Shown: positions 20,857-34,343 of the stretch, in pieces
Layout of the letters: every line of letters starts with the position of its first letter
Numbering within the stretch: the stretch's first letter is position 1
Assembly (NCBI GenBank): GCA_000320545.1
Contig: ADNK01003085.1
Location: 1 to 34,807 of the forward strand
From: Bigelowiella natans CCMP2755
Taxonomy: Eukaryota > Protista > Cercozoa
DNA length: 34,807 nucleotides
Reading direction: 5' to 3'
The notes under the pieces: generated by a model
What the model was told of the DNA's origin: nothing
The model's database searches: none
What the model saw: the letters and a program-made list of their open reading frames with translations, nothing else
Program-made: the position numbers and the translations under genes

Positions 20857-21183
20857 ATTTTTAACGTAATTCTATATGCTCATCATCTGTTCGTATTGCG
20901 ACATAAAACTACAACTTCAGGACGGATCTTAGCCCATGTTCTGATGTATCTCTTCCAGGTAGCGATTCGTATTAAATTGTACCTAACCTTGAGATGTGAG
21001 CGCTCGTTTGGCCGCCGCCGCCGAGGACAGCTTAATAGATGGGAGGGCATAAGTGCCGTAGTAGTGTGGAAAGACAGTGATGATGGGGTTGATATGATGG
21101 AGAAACGAATTGAATAGGCGGCATCTATGCAGTTTGGGTTTGATCAAAGAGCCAGACTGATTGCTGCTCACATTTTATACTGA

Positions 21184-21260
<77 letters not shown>

Positions 21261-21335
21261 TATTAGGCCTTAAAAGCTGCGAAATATCGGGCAGCTATAA
21301 CCTGCCTCCTCGCCAGGGTGTGGATTTCGGCGACA

Positions 21336-21376
<41 letters not shown>

Positions 21377-21536
21377 TGGGGGGGGGGGGGGGGGGGGGCA
21401 TGGTTTAAAGAGAAATGACACTCGCGCAAGAGGGATGACATAGAATCTCTGTGATTTCGCTGCTTTGCGTAGGTTTTGGGCGAATATCTGGGGCGTGTGC
21501 GAGGTGTAGGAAAGCCGGTTGTATCCCACAAGCAAG

Positions 21537-21578
<42 letters not shown>

Positions 21579-21658
21579 CAAACCATATGAGCACCCGTAG
21601 TGCAAATTCAATAGTAAAAAATGCGCGCAGCAAATAGATGTTTTTTACGATTGTGTCT

Positions 21659-21694
<36 letters not shown>

Positions 21695-22333
21695 TGAGTG
21701 TGTGTGTGTGTGTGTGGAGGGGGAGTGGGGGAGTGTGCATGGCGAGTGAACAGGCTTACAAACTACAATCTGCCTTTATATCGTCAGATTCTAACCAGAA
21801 ACATCAGCACGGACAATATCATTCGTGAGACCCTCTGGGTGCTGCTCTATGCGTAGGATTGCAGCTGCTGTTGTATATATTAGCAGTGATCGTGATAGTG
21901 GTGGCTATTAGTTAATGCTATTGTCGCAGAAAGAGCTCCAGTCTTCTCGTTTTTGCCCGCCTCAGCGGTGGTATTTGGGGGCATTTGAGGAAATGTTAGC
22001 ATGAATTATGTAACAAAATTATATCATATAGTTCAGATGTGAGTGCGTGCGTGCGTGCGTGTGTGTGTGTGTGTGTGTGTGTGTATGTTTCTTCTGCTCC
22101 GCTATTTTAGGTGTTCATGCTTACAATTCCTCTCAATTGGATCCAATGTGCCGTTTCTAACAAGCTAATGAGAATTTTACAGCATCGAGGCTCAAAGCTT
22201 CGCTCTCTACTCCCTTCCGTACCCCCTCTCCTCTCCTCCTCCTCCTCCTCCTCTTCCTCTGGTGTCACTATTTTCAGGCTACGTGGGGTATATCCTATTG
22301 CGTAGACGTATGGACCGGTTCTCTAAACTAACG

Positions 22334-22379
<46 letters not shown>

Positions 22380-22764
22380 CTGCAGATTCTACATGTTTTC
22401 TTAGCCAGGGGGGGGGGGGGGGAGGGGCGGGTCGTTTGGATGCGGTATAATGCGTATCTATATGTTTTGGTAAATCTTAGGCTGAACAAGGCTGTCGTGA
22501 AGCTAGAAATGGACGGTAGGAAAGCACGCCAGCACCTGCGATGATTCCCTTGCGACACGTCGCTTTGTTGTAGGGCATGGCATGCATAACGGAATCGAAG
22601 CCGCGGCCGCGCTATTGCGAGCCTCTACTCGCGGACGGTCGTGCTGCTTGCTACTCGCTTATTTGCTCTTTGCGACGCTCATGACTCCGAGTGCTGCGGC
22701 ATGAGTGTTTTGAATAGAATGCAAACTCCACGATGCGATGGCAGCATGGATGATGAAGAAAATT

Positions 22765-22804
<40 letters not shown>

Positions 22805-23066
22805 CCCACCACAGATCTACAGTGGCAGTGCGCGGACTCCTCCAAAAGCAGTTTCGAGCTTCTTTCAGCAGAAGCCAAAACTGGGCGCGGCGGGAAAAAG
22901 GCCGACGGCGAAAGGTGTCCATACATTCATGCGGCTCCGAGGATGCGATAAGATACTCTGTCATCAATCTTCGCCTTTCAGGATCCCAGACGAAATACCG
23001 GAGGATGATGACGACGACGAGCACGACGATGAAAACGAGAAAACCAGCTCGAATGCGTACGTGTAG
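18818..23066 (+). CDS. Hypothetical multi-pass membrane protein(s), many short exons; possibly more than one gene
   Basis: Signal-peptide-like start (LLLSLLMFPSFIVG). AG/GT-bounded hydrophobic segments include VRMFATVMLAMSYGISHIGL, LGIVPVAGLTFIAILLYPYRPR, EYRAISLLIGIYGLFINVILLAVLVPW, IIRETLWVLLYA, VFMLTIPLNWIQ and GYVGYILLRRR. Acidic last exon IPDEIPEDDDDDEHDDENEK...YV*. Exact model uncertain. Confidence 0.45.
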
Positions 23067-24065
23067 CTACATGGTTGAAACGGGATTCGTATTTAAGTTT
23101 CTGAGCGCTGCTTTATGCCGTCAGCCGAGACAGCAAGGCCACAGCGCGAGGAAATACTCCCGCAAGCATAAGGGCAGCAGCCGGTATGATTGCTTAGCAT
23201 TTCTTCGGTTAACTATGTGCTTCGGTTAAACTATGTGCTGATTTTTTTTTTTTTTTAAATAACCCTGCCTCGAATCTCATTAAAAAGTGTTTCCTTTCAT
23301 TGGCTTTACTCTCCCCCCCCCTTTCTTTCTCCCGAAACTCAGAGGAAAAGGATGGCAACAAGAGTGAGTTGTTTTATAGAATCCCGCTATTTTCCAATAG
23401 ACATGCGAAGAGGCGTTATTTTGAACGGAGTCGCTATGAGTGTACATGAATATAAAGATGTCTGCATATGATACACACACACACACTCACATACACACAC
23501 ACATGCACACATGCACACACATGCACATATAGACGGGATCAGTAAATGCTCGGCACCTGCTCAATTAAAACAAAGGTCATGCTATCACTAAATACATCTA
23601 TCTACTTCGTCAGGCTTACGATCCGCCAATGTCTCCCACACACCGAGGAAGAGCTGGGTTGTAAGATTTGAAATGTAGACGTTTTTGTGCAGAGATAAGA
23701 GCGCTTCTTTCTATGATACCTACCGTAACTTCTTCTCTCTATTTCGCAGAAGGATGTGAGTCCAGGATCGCTAATAAGGACTACTTCAGCGTTGCAGATG
23801 TCCCTCGCCCAATACACCACACATCAGGATTCCCATGATCACTTCAGATCCAATGCTATTGTCATCGTCCTATCAGGTACGTTTGTAGTGCACGTGTCCA
23901 TTCTCCAAAATAACGACCTGTTCCCTCTCAATCTCGTGATTGATTCTGCTTGCGTGCAGGGGCTCATTTTAAGATGTGTTGCCTACGAATGTTTATTGTG
24001 CTCAGCCGTAGTCACGGTGTGCTTCGTGCGCCACTGGGTCTTGACTGAATGATGAAGACCAGGAG

Positions 24066-24138
<73 letters not shown>

Positions 24139-24884
24139 GTGTATTCGCATTGTGGTGAGTAGAGAGGCGAGCATGTATGTTATTTGCGTACGAAAACTTT
24201 CTTCTGTCCGTATCACACTTTTTTAATTAGTTTTCCATGCAGAAAGTTGAGATGATATAGTAGCACACCTATGACAGCTATGCGAACGCTGCGTAGCACA
24301 GCATATATAGCAGATGGGCGTGAGAACAAGCAATGCGGCTGCACTGCTTGCGCAGTGATTAGCTAGACTCAACACATGATTTATGCAATACATACAGCGA
24401 GCGTTGATCGAATGTGTTACATGTGTTATGAATTCGTTCATCATAGCAGCGATTATTTTGTCTATATTGATAGAGATGTAGAGTCGTTGGCCGTGCCTTG
24501 ATGTATTTCGTCATGTTTGTGTTAGCGTCGTAGCCATGTAGCCGCGAATAAAGTGTGTGTGAGACGGATAGCAAGAAATTGTATCGCTTGCGTTTTTATA
24601 TATGCTGTCATCATAAATACAACAGCGGAAAGCCAGCAACTTGTAACGTAAGCGTCCTGCACGTAGTAATTCGCCTGTGCATGCATGTGCGTATATGCGC
24701 TAGTGCGCTCGGCTGCCGATCGAGTATTATCGCTGCTTCGATCGCATCTACGCAGAAATCCGCAATAAGGCTGTACAATTTATCTAATCGATATAAAATA
24801 ATAGCAAGGCATTGTGCTATGAAGCAACATATGTGTGATTAGATGAGCGCTTCTATGCGCTAAAGCGATTCTATGCGTTATAGC

Positions 24885-25269
24885 TTAGCGAATTCCTCCA
24901 GCCATCCCTCCTGCCTTCTTCTCGTCAGCTCCATCACTCTGTTTGCCGTCGATTACTGGCAGACGATGCGCAGACGAAACACTTGAGTCGTCCCTAACGC
25001 TACCTCCACTACCACCCCCAGCAATCTCGATGGCGAGCTTTCCTCTACAATGCCCCTCTGCAACTTCGCTCAGTGCTTCATTAAATCGGTTGAAGGGGTA
25101 GGTCTTTGCCAGCTGCGGCTTTAAGATGCCCTTCTCTACCAGGTCGCGCGCATACTCCATGTCCTCACCGCAGGGTTGCACGATTGTCACCGAGTATGCG
25201 GGCCCCATGAAGAGCCTAGCATTGTGTATTCCAAACAAGGGGTTGGAGGGAATTGTTTTTCTTTTTATA

Positions 25270-25323
<54 letters not shown>

Positions 25324-25379
25324 TGTGTGTGTGCGGCGCTCGCAATGTTAACACGATTTTTGACTGCTTTGCCCTTAAT

Positions 25380-25417
<38 letters not shown>

Positions 25418-26860
25418 TAAGTAGCCATATTTCCTATGGTTTCGCAAAGATTTCTTCTTTTTTTGCGTGTGATCCCCCTTCACCAAATCTTTTCATCTTA
25501 TCTCATACTGTTTCGTCAGCTTCCAGCTGTAATGCCCGAGGCCCCAGGTGTACGCGGCCGGCTTCTTGAATCTTCCCCACCCCTCGAAGTACTCAAACAT
25601 CCCATTCGTGAGGATCGTCATGTACCTATTATTATTATTATTGCCCAGTTTGACGAGGATTTCAACGGGAGAACGAACCGCACCAGAAAATAGCGCATTT
25701 TGGCAGATCTGCGAGAGAATTTGATGTCGTGCATGTCGTAGATGCTGTGTTGTAGGGTTTTTTGTAAAAGCTCTCCTTCTCTCCAGTCTCATTTCTCTCC
25801 AGTCTCATTACGCGCTCCCCTTCGTCTGCTTGATGATTTGATGGCTGCGCTTCTCGATGTCCGCCCCCATCACCTAAAAACAAATAGCAATAGCGCCCCC
25901 AAAGCATTAGTGGTGTCCTGCCATGATCCATGCGTGGTTTCATTCGTTGACGGCCATGCACGCACGCACGCTTCAGAGCAGCTCAGACTTTCATATAACA
26001 CGCACGTCAAAGACGAAGTCGACAGGGTTGTTCTTGAGCTCCTCCTCAAACTTCTGTGCCCTGTAGTCCACCACCTCGTTAGCACCTAGAGACTTGGCGA
26101 AAGCCGCATTTTTCGCACTGCAGGTGGTAATCACATATAGCCCGAAGTGCCTAGCAAGCTGAATGGCCACGCTCCCTACCCCCCCTGAGCCGGCGTGTAT
26201 CAATATCCGTTTACCCTTCAACTGCCCCCGGCTCTTCTCGCAAATGCCGCCCCTCCTCAACGCTTGGATGGAGGTGAGGGTGACCAGGGGGAGGCAGGCA
26301 GCTTCTGGGAAACTCAGATTTTTCGGCATTCGTGCCAGCGCGCTTTCGCGAACGCAAGCCATTTCAGCGTAGGTGCCCTGCAAACAACGTGATTAGTTAA
26401 GCGTCTTGCCTATGGCGATTAGTATGCATGAGAGGGCCAGACTAGGTGGTTGCCAACTACCCATTTCGTATACTTGTACTCCATCATCCCAAAAACCTTA
26501 TCCCCCTTCTTGAACTTCTTTGAATCTGCATCGCACTCGACGACGACGCCGGCTAGATCACCCCCGAAAATCTTGGGCTTCGGCACCAAAATCGACGGAA
26601 CGTCTCCGCGGCAGAGTTTGTAGTCGACAGGGTTTACGCCTGCCGCCATTATTTTCACCAAGACCCACCCTTTTCTCCGGGTAGGCATAGGGTAGTCTTC
26701 TCGCATGCGGCGAACCGTCTATATGATTATTTCCGGAGACGGAAAAAAGAGGTAGGAATTACAGTCACCCGTGCGATGTCAATGCTGTGCTCGTTACCTG
26801 CCCTCCGTGCGAATCGTAACAGGCTGCCCGCATGATGCATTCCTCTTTATTCCTCTTCAT
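24885..26860 (-). CDS. NADPH:quinone oxidoreductase, MDR superfamily (RTN4IP1/ceQORH-like), multi-exon
   Basis: MRAACYDSHGG; VLVKIMAAGVNPVDYK; GGDLAGVV; GTYAEM; LSFPEAACLPLVTLT; ILIHAGSGGVGSVAIQLA; LGANEVVDY; C-terminal GHCRGKLAI. Start at 26860 or 26833. Confidence 0.9.
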
Positions 26861-29800
26861 TGTAAATCCTGGGCTCGAAGAGCCTAACAACGAATTGTGT
26901 GAGGAAATACGACACAAAGATGTGCGAGTGAGTAAGGAACTTGGAGAGAACCCCCCCCCCCCCCTCCCTTCTTCTCTTAGATTTGAACTGTCAGTTCGTC
27001 ACTATCTTTTGTTAAAGACTGTAATAACAGCCCAGGGCGCTGGAACAGGAGTCCGGCTGTTGTGCGGAAGTGAAATGTAAAGGAGACCGGAAGAAGACGA
27101 CGAAGTGAAGGAGAGAGGCGGAAGATGCTGAATTCATGCTATTATCAGCATATGCTGCGAAATTAGTAAGTCGCACATATAAAATTCCACATGTTTATGT
27201 AGAATACAAAACACCGCAAAATGGATAAGTCGCGCACATAAAATTCCCTCTATTTATATGGAAGGCAAAATAAAATACACACACCTTGCCGCCACCTTAC
27301 CCGAGAGGTTCAAGCGTAGAAGAAATAGTCCCTCTTTCGTCGAAGGCATCCCACTTGCAGCCAACGATGTATGTGCGGTTGGAAAACACCCTAAATAACC
27401 GTCACCAGAAGCACGAGTCCTTCGCGAACGGGGAGGTAATGCATTCCTTACTGTTCCCATGTCAACATAGAGTGGAACTCGCCTCTTCTTCACCGCTCCT
27501 CTCTACCTTCCTCTCTTTTCTTTTTTATCTGCTTCTATTATTTTGTAACGGACTATCTTCCCACATTGCAGATCAAGAATGTGCTCCAAACTCTTACTGA
27601 AATCGGAAAAAATCTAGAAAGGATACCAGGGAGCGAGTCCGAGGCAAACAGAGAAAAGGTATTAGTCGCAGAGAATTATTTCGTTTCGTTTGTGCCTGAG
27701 AAGCACAATATATAATTCACTTGACCTCTACTTCTCCATCTCCTCCCCCCTCCCCCAACTCTTGGCTTGCTCGCTCGTTTGCGCTCTCCTTCTCCCGGAT
27801 CTCGTTTGTTGCCTTCTCTTGTCAATCAGATGACAAAGTTAGAGAGGATCTTCGGGGAAATATGTGACAAAGAAAAAATCATACGTGCAAGATCAAAGGC
27901 GCTTCAGGAAACAAGAATGTGGATGGTATGAATAATGTACACCGTTAACATCGAGGGATGATTTAAAGAGTGTGTGTTCTGCAGCGATCGGAAGATTACA
28001 ACAATGAGAACGTGGAATGGGAAAAAGTACGTAGTGCCCACTTTCATCAAAGATGACCAAAGAATGATCTTTTGATTCAATATCTGTAGAAAATCAACGA
28101 GCTCCATGAAGAAGCCAAGGCGAAACACGCTGATGAGCTCAATGTGACGAATCCAAAACATGGAAATTCTTGACTTGATTTGCAAGGCCCAGCTTAGTAA
28201 CAGTGTTGCTTTCAAAATATTTCGAAAGGATGAAACGACAGCGCTCATTTTTAATACAGTGTTTACATAGATTCAATTGAGCACCCATGCATGCGGAATA
28301 TATCCCATTTGGACATGTAAATGTTCGTTTTCCTTCAGGGTCACAGTGAAGAGAACATTAAAAAATTCAAACGAGAAATTTGGGTAGTTACTTGTTTGCT
28401 TTCCAACCAGCTTATGTTATAGCATGGCCGCGTCATCTTCCATATTTCGCTTAATAAAACTGGTGGAGTATGTCTCATCATCTCCTACTTCCCTACGACA
28501 GGAGGTGAACCACCAAGGGGAGCCCATGCCAGGCGACGATGATGAGGATCTCGGTAATCTTTACTGATATATCTTAGATTCAGAGGACTACGACATGTCA
28601 ATATTTCTTTCCCGGACATAGCCGAAAGTGCCAGTGTGCTCAGACGTTCTGACTGTGAATAAATGGTACTATTAGTGGCAGTAGATATGAAGCGGAACTT
28701 CAAATGCCCGATAACGAAAGACACGCTGGAAAATCCGGTCAAGAGCATTTTAATGCATCTCATTCCTCTTTCATTTGCCTCTTAACGATGGCATGGGGTT
28801 GTGATGGAAATATTCATCAATAATACCGAAATAGCAATCATAAAGATTGATCTACGGGTTGATATCCATGCTGATTTAGGTGAAAAATCAAACTTGTGGA
28901 CACATTTACTCTAGAGAGGCAATAATGACGCTGCTTAAAGGGAAACAAAAATACAAGTGCCCGTGTGCAGGTTGATATGCGAGCTTTTAGTGAGCTGCGA
29001 TGGGAGAATCGACATCGAAATTCTTTCCTGAAAATAATATTTCTTCTTAACTTAGGTTGCTCTCAATACGTCACCGTTGCCGGATTAGTCAGGGATAAAA
29101 AGATCGAAAAGGTAGAGTCGATGTTAAAATGGTTTCTAGAAGTGAAACTGAATGGATTCCAGGAGGGAGATGAATTTTGAGCATCTACAAGGCGTTGTGA
29201 TGAGTCATCTTCTAGATCGCCACCAATGCAATGCTATTCTCAGGAACTCCGAGCATTTATCGAGGAGGAGGCGAGAAAGAAGGCAAACCGTAGTGCTGAT
29301 ATGGATTTTACCCAAACAGGATAGCGACGCGAAAACACATGCACTTTGCTTACCAACACACTTACCTGATTCTCACGGTTACAAGTACTTTGTTCCTTAA
29401 GATAAGGGATACTAGTTTGCGGTAAGGAATAGAGTGCAAATAGCTAGTATATGCAAAATGCATATATGTTCAAGCTGCGATCAAGTGCGGGCGTCACTAT
29501 GGACACAGTACGCGCTACATTTTACAAACATGGTACTTATATGTTATGTCTGTTGTCGCATGATATAGATATTATCACATTTATATGCATGTTATGAGAC
29601 GGATGTAACGAACGAATGAATTACATTCTGGTCATCAATGCTAGAATGTGTCGCACATGAAGCAGCCACATCCATTCTATAGCCTTAATGGCTACATAGC
29701 GTACACACGTGCGAACACATGTAACTCCACACACATGTTCTTCGCTACATATGGTATCGAGCCACATATGTCACAGGGTAACACATGTGCTTAAAACCCG

Positions 29801-30809
29801 GTACACTCCATGGCCTTAATGGCTATGCACAATGCAGCATTTTGTGTGTGCACATGAGACGAGATGGACACACTCATGTGCAATGTGCATGATTCATGCA
29901 ATGCACACTTCATCCATGGTCATGCACTTTGAACTTTTCCAGGCCATGATGGACACAGCAATGTGGTGCACACATTTGACACATTGCATGTCTGTCATGA
30001 CTTTGCTGTTCACTTTGTCCACAGTGATGGACGCAATGAAATCATGGAATGATTGCATTTTTTCGCAATGACACACGTGTGCACTCTTCCCGCTTGCACA
30101 TTGTTGCACTTGCCTGCGGCTCAGGGCGTGAAAACTGACATGTTGGTTCATTTTTCACGGATCGGAATCGGGAACGATCGCAATTTGACCATCGTCGCTG
30201 ATGACAAATCAAAGCGAGTGTCCGCCTCGCTCCAGCCTTCATCATGCCATCGAAATTGCATGCCCCGAAATGAACCCTTTGGGACCCATCCTCTTCTTTC
30301 CTCCACTTTTCATTTCAACCTCTCACAGCAAGTGAGCAAGGTCGCGCACAGTGCACATCCTTTCCTCAACCTGGTGAACTGGTGAACTGGTGAACTTCGC
30401 TTTTGTCAGAGCACGTCCACCGTTGCCTTCCGGCTAGAACCTAAAATAGAAGGAATTCCAGAGAATTCGCTGTATTTTCATAGGGCGACATACCGAAATC
30501 CATCTCTCAACTAGTCAATCCATGGAACAGAGCGCTTGACTACGATTTAGACCAAAATATTAAGTTGTTATTGTGGTAATACCAAATAGATATTTCAGAG
30601 AAACTCAATTTTAGGCTGAAGCATTCTCCCAAGTAAATAAATTATGGAATACGATATATTCCAATGTAAATTTATACAGGATTTGTGATCATCTCAACGG
30701 AAAAATATCGGTTAGTTCGTGACTCTCCTAATTCCGGGCAAACCGGAGGGAGGGGCGGGAAGTGAATCCTCGAGAATCTTCTAAGGAAGTAGAAGTGATC
30801 TTCAAAGTG

Positions 30810-31830
30810 ATGAAGCGTTCTGGGGAAGATGAGAAAGATTTTGATGATCTTCCACCGCCGCCACTACTAGGTTTGTACGTAACAAAAATGAATTAGTACC
30901 AAAGGAAGAAGTGACCCTACTTCGTGTGCCTTTTTTGGGGGTTTACCAACGAACCCACGACTTATAGATTTATAGATTGCCTATTCTCTCTTCCCTCTCA
31001 TAGTAGCATTATTATATTCACCAACTCACCTCCCTCATCATCGCTGAAAAGTGGCGTTGTCCTGCCATTGTTTTCACTAGTGAAGGATACTAGCTACAGG
31101 CAAGCGGTTGAAGATGCTCTTCAAAACAGTGAGAGGCTGAAAGACATACTCTCTCCGAAGACTGAAGAAAAGAAAACAAAAGCCAAGACCAGCCAGAGTA
31201 GACTCTGCAGCGGCCATCTTTTTGTAGCGTTCGGCGACGTTCATAGGCTAACCTGTGATGCCTGGGCCCTTCCGAGCAAGAGGTAGCGTCGTGTCTCCTG
31301 CTGCGAGATTTAAGGGAGAGAAAAATCGTGTTAAGATATGTAAATGTGATTTATTCCTGCGATTCTGCCCTCCCCCAAAGGCACGACACACACACACACA
31401 CACACACACATGAACACACCACGAGCATGATAAAAAGAAATATGTTCAAATTTCTTTTTGGATTATGCACATGAATACCCGGCAACAGCGATAGCCATCG
31501 CCACCAGCCATTCCGCTGTATGATTGCCGTACACTTGCTGACTTTCCATACATTGGCCCAAAGCAACTCAAAACAAGCTCGAATGCGCGTGTGTTATTTG
31601 CAGCTGTACGGAGATTGACGATGGCTGGAGAATAGACCGCAGCACCCTCCCAAAGAGAGCCATTGAAGGTGAAATGCTTCGATCAAATGCTGATCGCTCC
31701 CTAACATCCACTAATATCAACGGGGCATGGTAGGATGGACTGCCGGGAGACGACGCGTTGTGTCCCTCTCTAACCACTCAGAGCAGAGGTAATAATGGCG
31801 AGTAAGATTAAAATTAAAATTTAAAGGCCA

Positions 31831-31876
<46 letters not shown>

Positions 31877-32586
31877 TATTATTGTTGTGTGTTGTAATGC
31901 TGATGCATATTCAACTGCCCGAGATAGTAGGGTAGTTGCTCTCACGTTTTGAGGTCCTGAGGGATACATAAAACGAAAATTATGCCCCTCCCTCCCCCCC
32001 CCCCCCCCGCCTCCCCGTCCCTCCAATGGTTCATCAGGAGGGAAGGTAAGGAAAAGGGCGTACCAAGCGCTGTCAATGGGGATGCTGAGAATGAAAAAGA
32101 GAGACGAGGATTACAGGAAGCCAACAGAAAGTATGGCGGTGGGGAGTTCAAGGCGATTGGGAAATCAGAGAAGGGGGGGGAGGAAGAGGAAGGTAAACAT
32201 CGAGATGAAACTCAAGGTATAGAAGACGAAGAGATTGGGAGCAGCAGCCACGGGGAAGAGGAGAGGAAAGAGGCAAAGGAGGAGAACGAGAAGGAGGATT
32301 CTCCCAGCGACGCCGGTGCTTGTTCTACAAACAATTCAAACGATGTGAGCAGAGCTACAGGTGACCAAAAGGGCAGCGCCGAGGAGGATGGTCGCGGTTG
32401 CGACAACGATAGCAGCGACATTATCGAGCTCCCAAGGACTCCGCAAACGCCTTATCTAATGAATGTTTCTAAAGGTCGGGTGGTGGTGCTGCTGGTGGTG
32501 GCCTACTAGCATAGGAATGACGAGGCTTGTACCGCTAGGGAGGGACTGGAAGCTCGGGAGAGGAGAGAGAGAGGAAAGAAAGGAGG

Positions 32587-32635
<49 letters not shown>

Positions 32636-32750
32636 GCCAAAGTTGCTCTACCGCGCACTGCTAAGGCTATGTTACTCTTCCAAGGAGCAGCCCTTGCTCT
32701 CTATCGAGGCACTCATAAAAGGCATTCACCAACTCACCGAAGAGGTGTAT

Positions 32751-32793
<43 letters not shown>

Positions 32794-33177
32794 GTGTGTG
32801 TGTATGAGAGAGAGAGAGAGAGAAAGGAAAACTTTATCTTAATCTTAAAGCGGGGTTATTTGGAAATGAGCTGGATCGCTATACTACTCCTTGGCCGCGA
32901 CAAACGATGGATGGTGGGTTCGTGGGCGTACGGAGGCGATTTGCCAATGCGATACTCTGTCCCCCCCCCCTCCCCCCGCCCCTGACTATTCTATTTTTTT
33001 ATGAACCCTATAAAATCACAGGGCCTACGATTTGACTTGGTGCTGGTGGCTCCCACAGAGAAGCTCTACTCTATAGTTCAGGCTATGCGCCGCCGATTAG
33101 ACTCCGAATCAACGAATCATGGGCATTTCTGGAACAAAAACAAAAGACAAACGATATCAGAATATAATATACATATA

Positions 33178-33215
<38 letters not shown>

Positions 33216-34343
33216 GTGTATGTATGCGTCACGCACATCTTAGCATGGTGCATCCCTGATAAGCGCTGTGCTAGAGAGAAAGGAATCGATGCTCGTAGTG
33301 TTGGGTGGTGGCCTGCACGATTTCTCTATTGGGCGGCCGAGACTCAGGCCTCGCCCCGCTTCTTGGGATTTCCGCGTTTTCAATTCGTGTCCTAGATATA
33401 TCAACGACACGTGCTCATCTCTCGGGCCTTGCTTTTTTATCCCTTCCCTCTCCCGCCATTCTTATTAGGTTTATCGACGCCGGAGCCAAGGCGTGGAAGA
33501 ACAAGATTCCAGGTAGTGACGGATCTTCCGATGTATGTTTTTGGGTTTGCAAACGGAGGAGGAGGAGGAGGAAATCGTAGCTGATCGCGCACCATCGCCA
33601 TCCAGGGTCAATTTCTCTCTGGAGATCGCTCGGAGACTCTCTCTCCCCCAAACGGAAGCTTAATCTTCTAGAAGATGCACGTGATTTGGCACGCAAAGCG
33701 ACAAACAATCGCCTGGCCTTCTTCCTCGGGGCAGGTAGAGTGCGTTAGTAACCCCCCCCCCCCTTTCCACGCCCCCTCTCTCTCGCTTGTGTACGAACGA
33801 GCGCTTTTTTTGAGTAAAAAATTGACCACTGCGTCCGCTCCTCATCCCTCCCTCCCTCCTTCCTCCCCCTCCCCAGGGATTAGTTTTGGCGCTGGACTAC
33901 CGAGTTGGGGGGGGCTCATCAAGCAAGTCGCGGACGCGGTGAGAGAGTTGGGGTTATTTAGCAAAACAGGATATCAGAGGCAGCAACAACTGCTACGAGA
34001 GCGGATGATTGGCTCGTTTTAAACTTAAGGGAAAGGTGGTGCTTGATTCGCTGCCTACTACTGCTTTCAGGCTGGCTTCAGCGAGGAGGAGTTTAAGGCA
34101 CTGAAAAGCTACGACTTTCTAGAGCAGGTCATGGCTGATTGATGATGCTGATCTTCACCGATGAGATGGGTATATCTGCCTTCTTCTTCGGTAGTAGCTG
34201 CTCGTTAGGCAGATTTCCTTCCCTTGGTGTGCGTGCTACTGCTGCTGCTACTGCTTGAACACTTCATGCAAAAACACAGGCAAGATTGCTACGGCAGCGG
34301 TTGGGAGATAGGATGGGGGAGATGGTTGCCTCTCAACTCGTTT
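30810..34343 (+). CDS. Macro-like domain + SIR2-family (SIR2_2) fusion protein, multi-exon, continues beyond this span
   Basis: SGHLFVAFGDVHRLTCDAWALPS is a macro-like GD...D start. Also FDLVLVAP...IVQA. Spliced exons 33580-33734, 33877-33938 and 34071-34127 give LARKATNNRLAFFLGAGISFGAGLPSWGGLIKQVADAAGFSEEEFKALKSYDFLEQ, the SIR2 GAGxS NAD-binding loop. Then ARLLRQRLGDRMGEMVA. Confidence 0.78.

Noticed and set aside
23602-24052. Short ORFs on both strands
   Set aside because: No recognisable motifs or coherent splice model.
29027-29051. Peptide LKIIFLLN shared with the antisense LTR frame
   Set aside because: A short match in AT-rich DNA with no extension, compatible with chance across six frames.
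29832-30385. Overlapping Cys/His/Met-rich ORFs (also at 8757-9346 and 17007-18027)
   Set aside because: Explained by TpA loss, which removes TAA/TAG stops and Tyr codons on both strands. No protein motifs.
32640-33515. Possible scrambled exon order in the macro-SIR2 gene
   Set aside because: Several candidate exons have ambiguous frames. This cannot be supported without transcripts.
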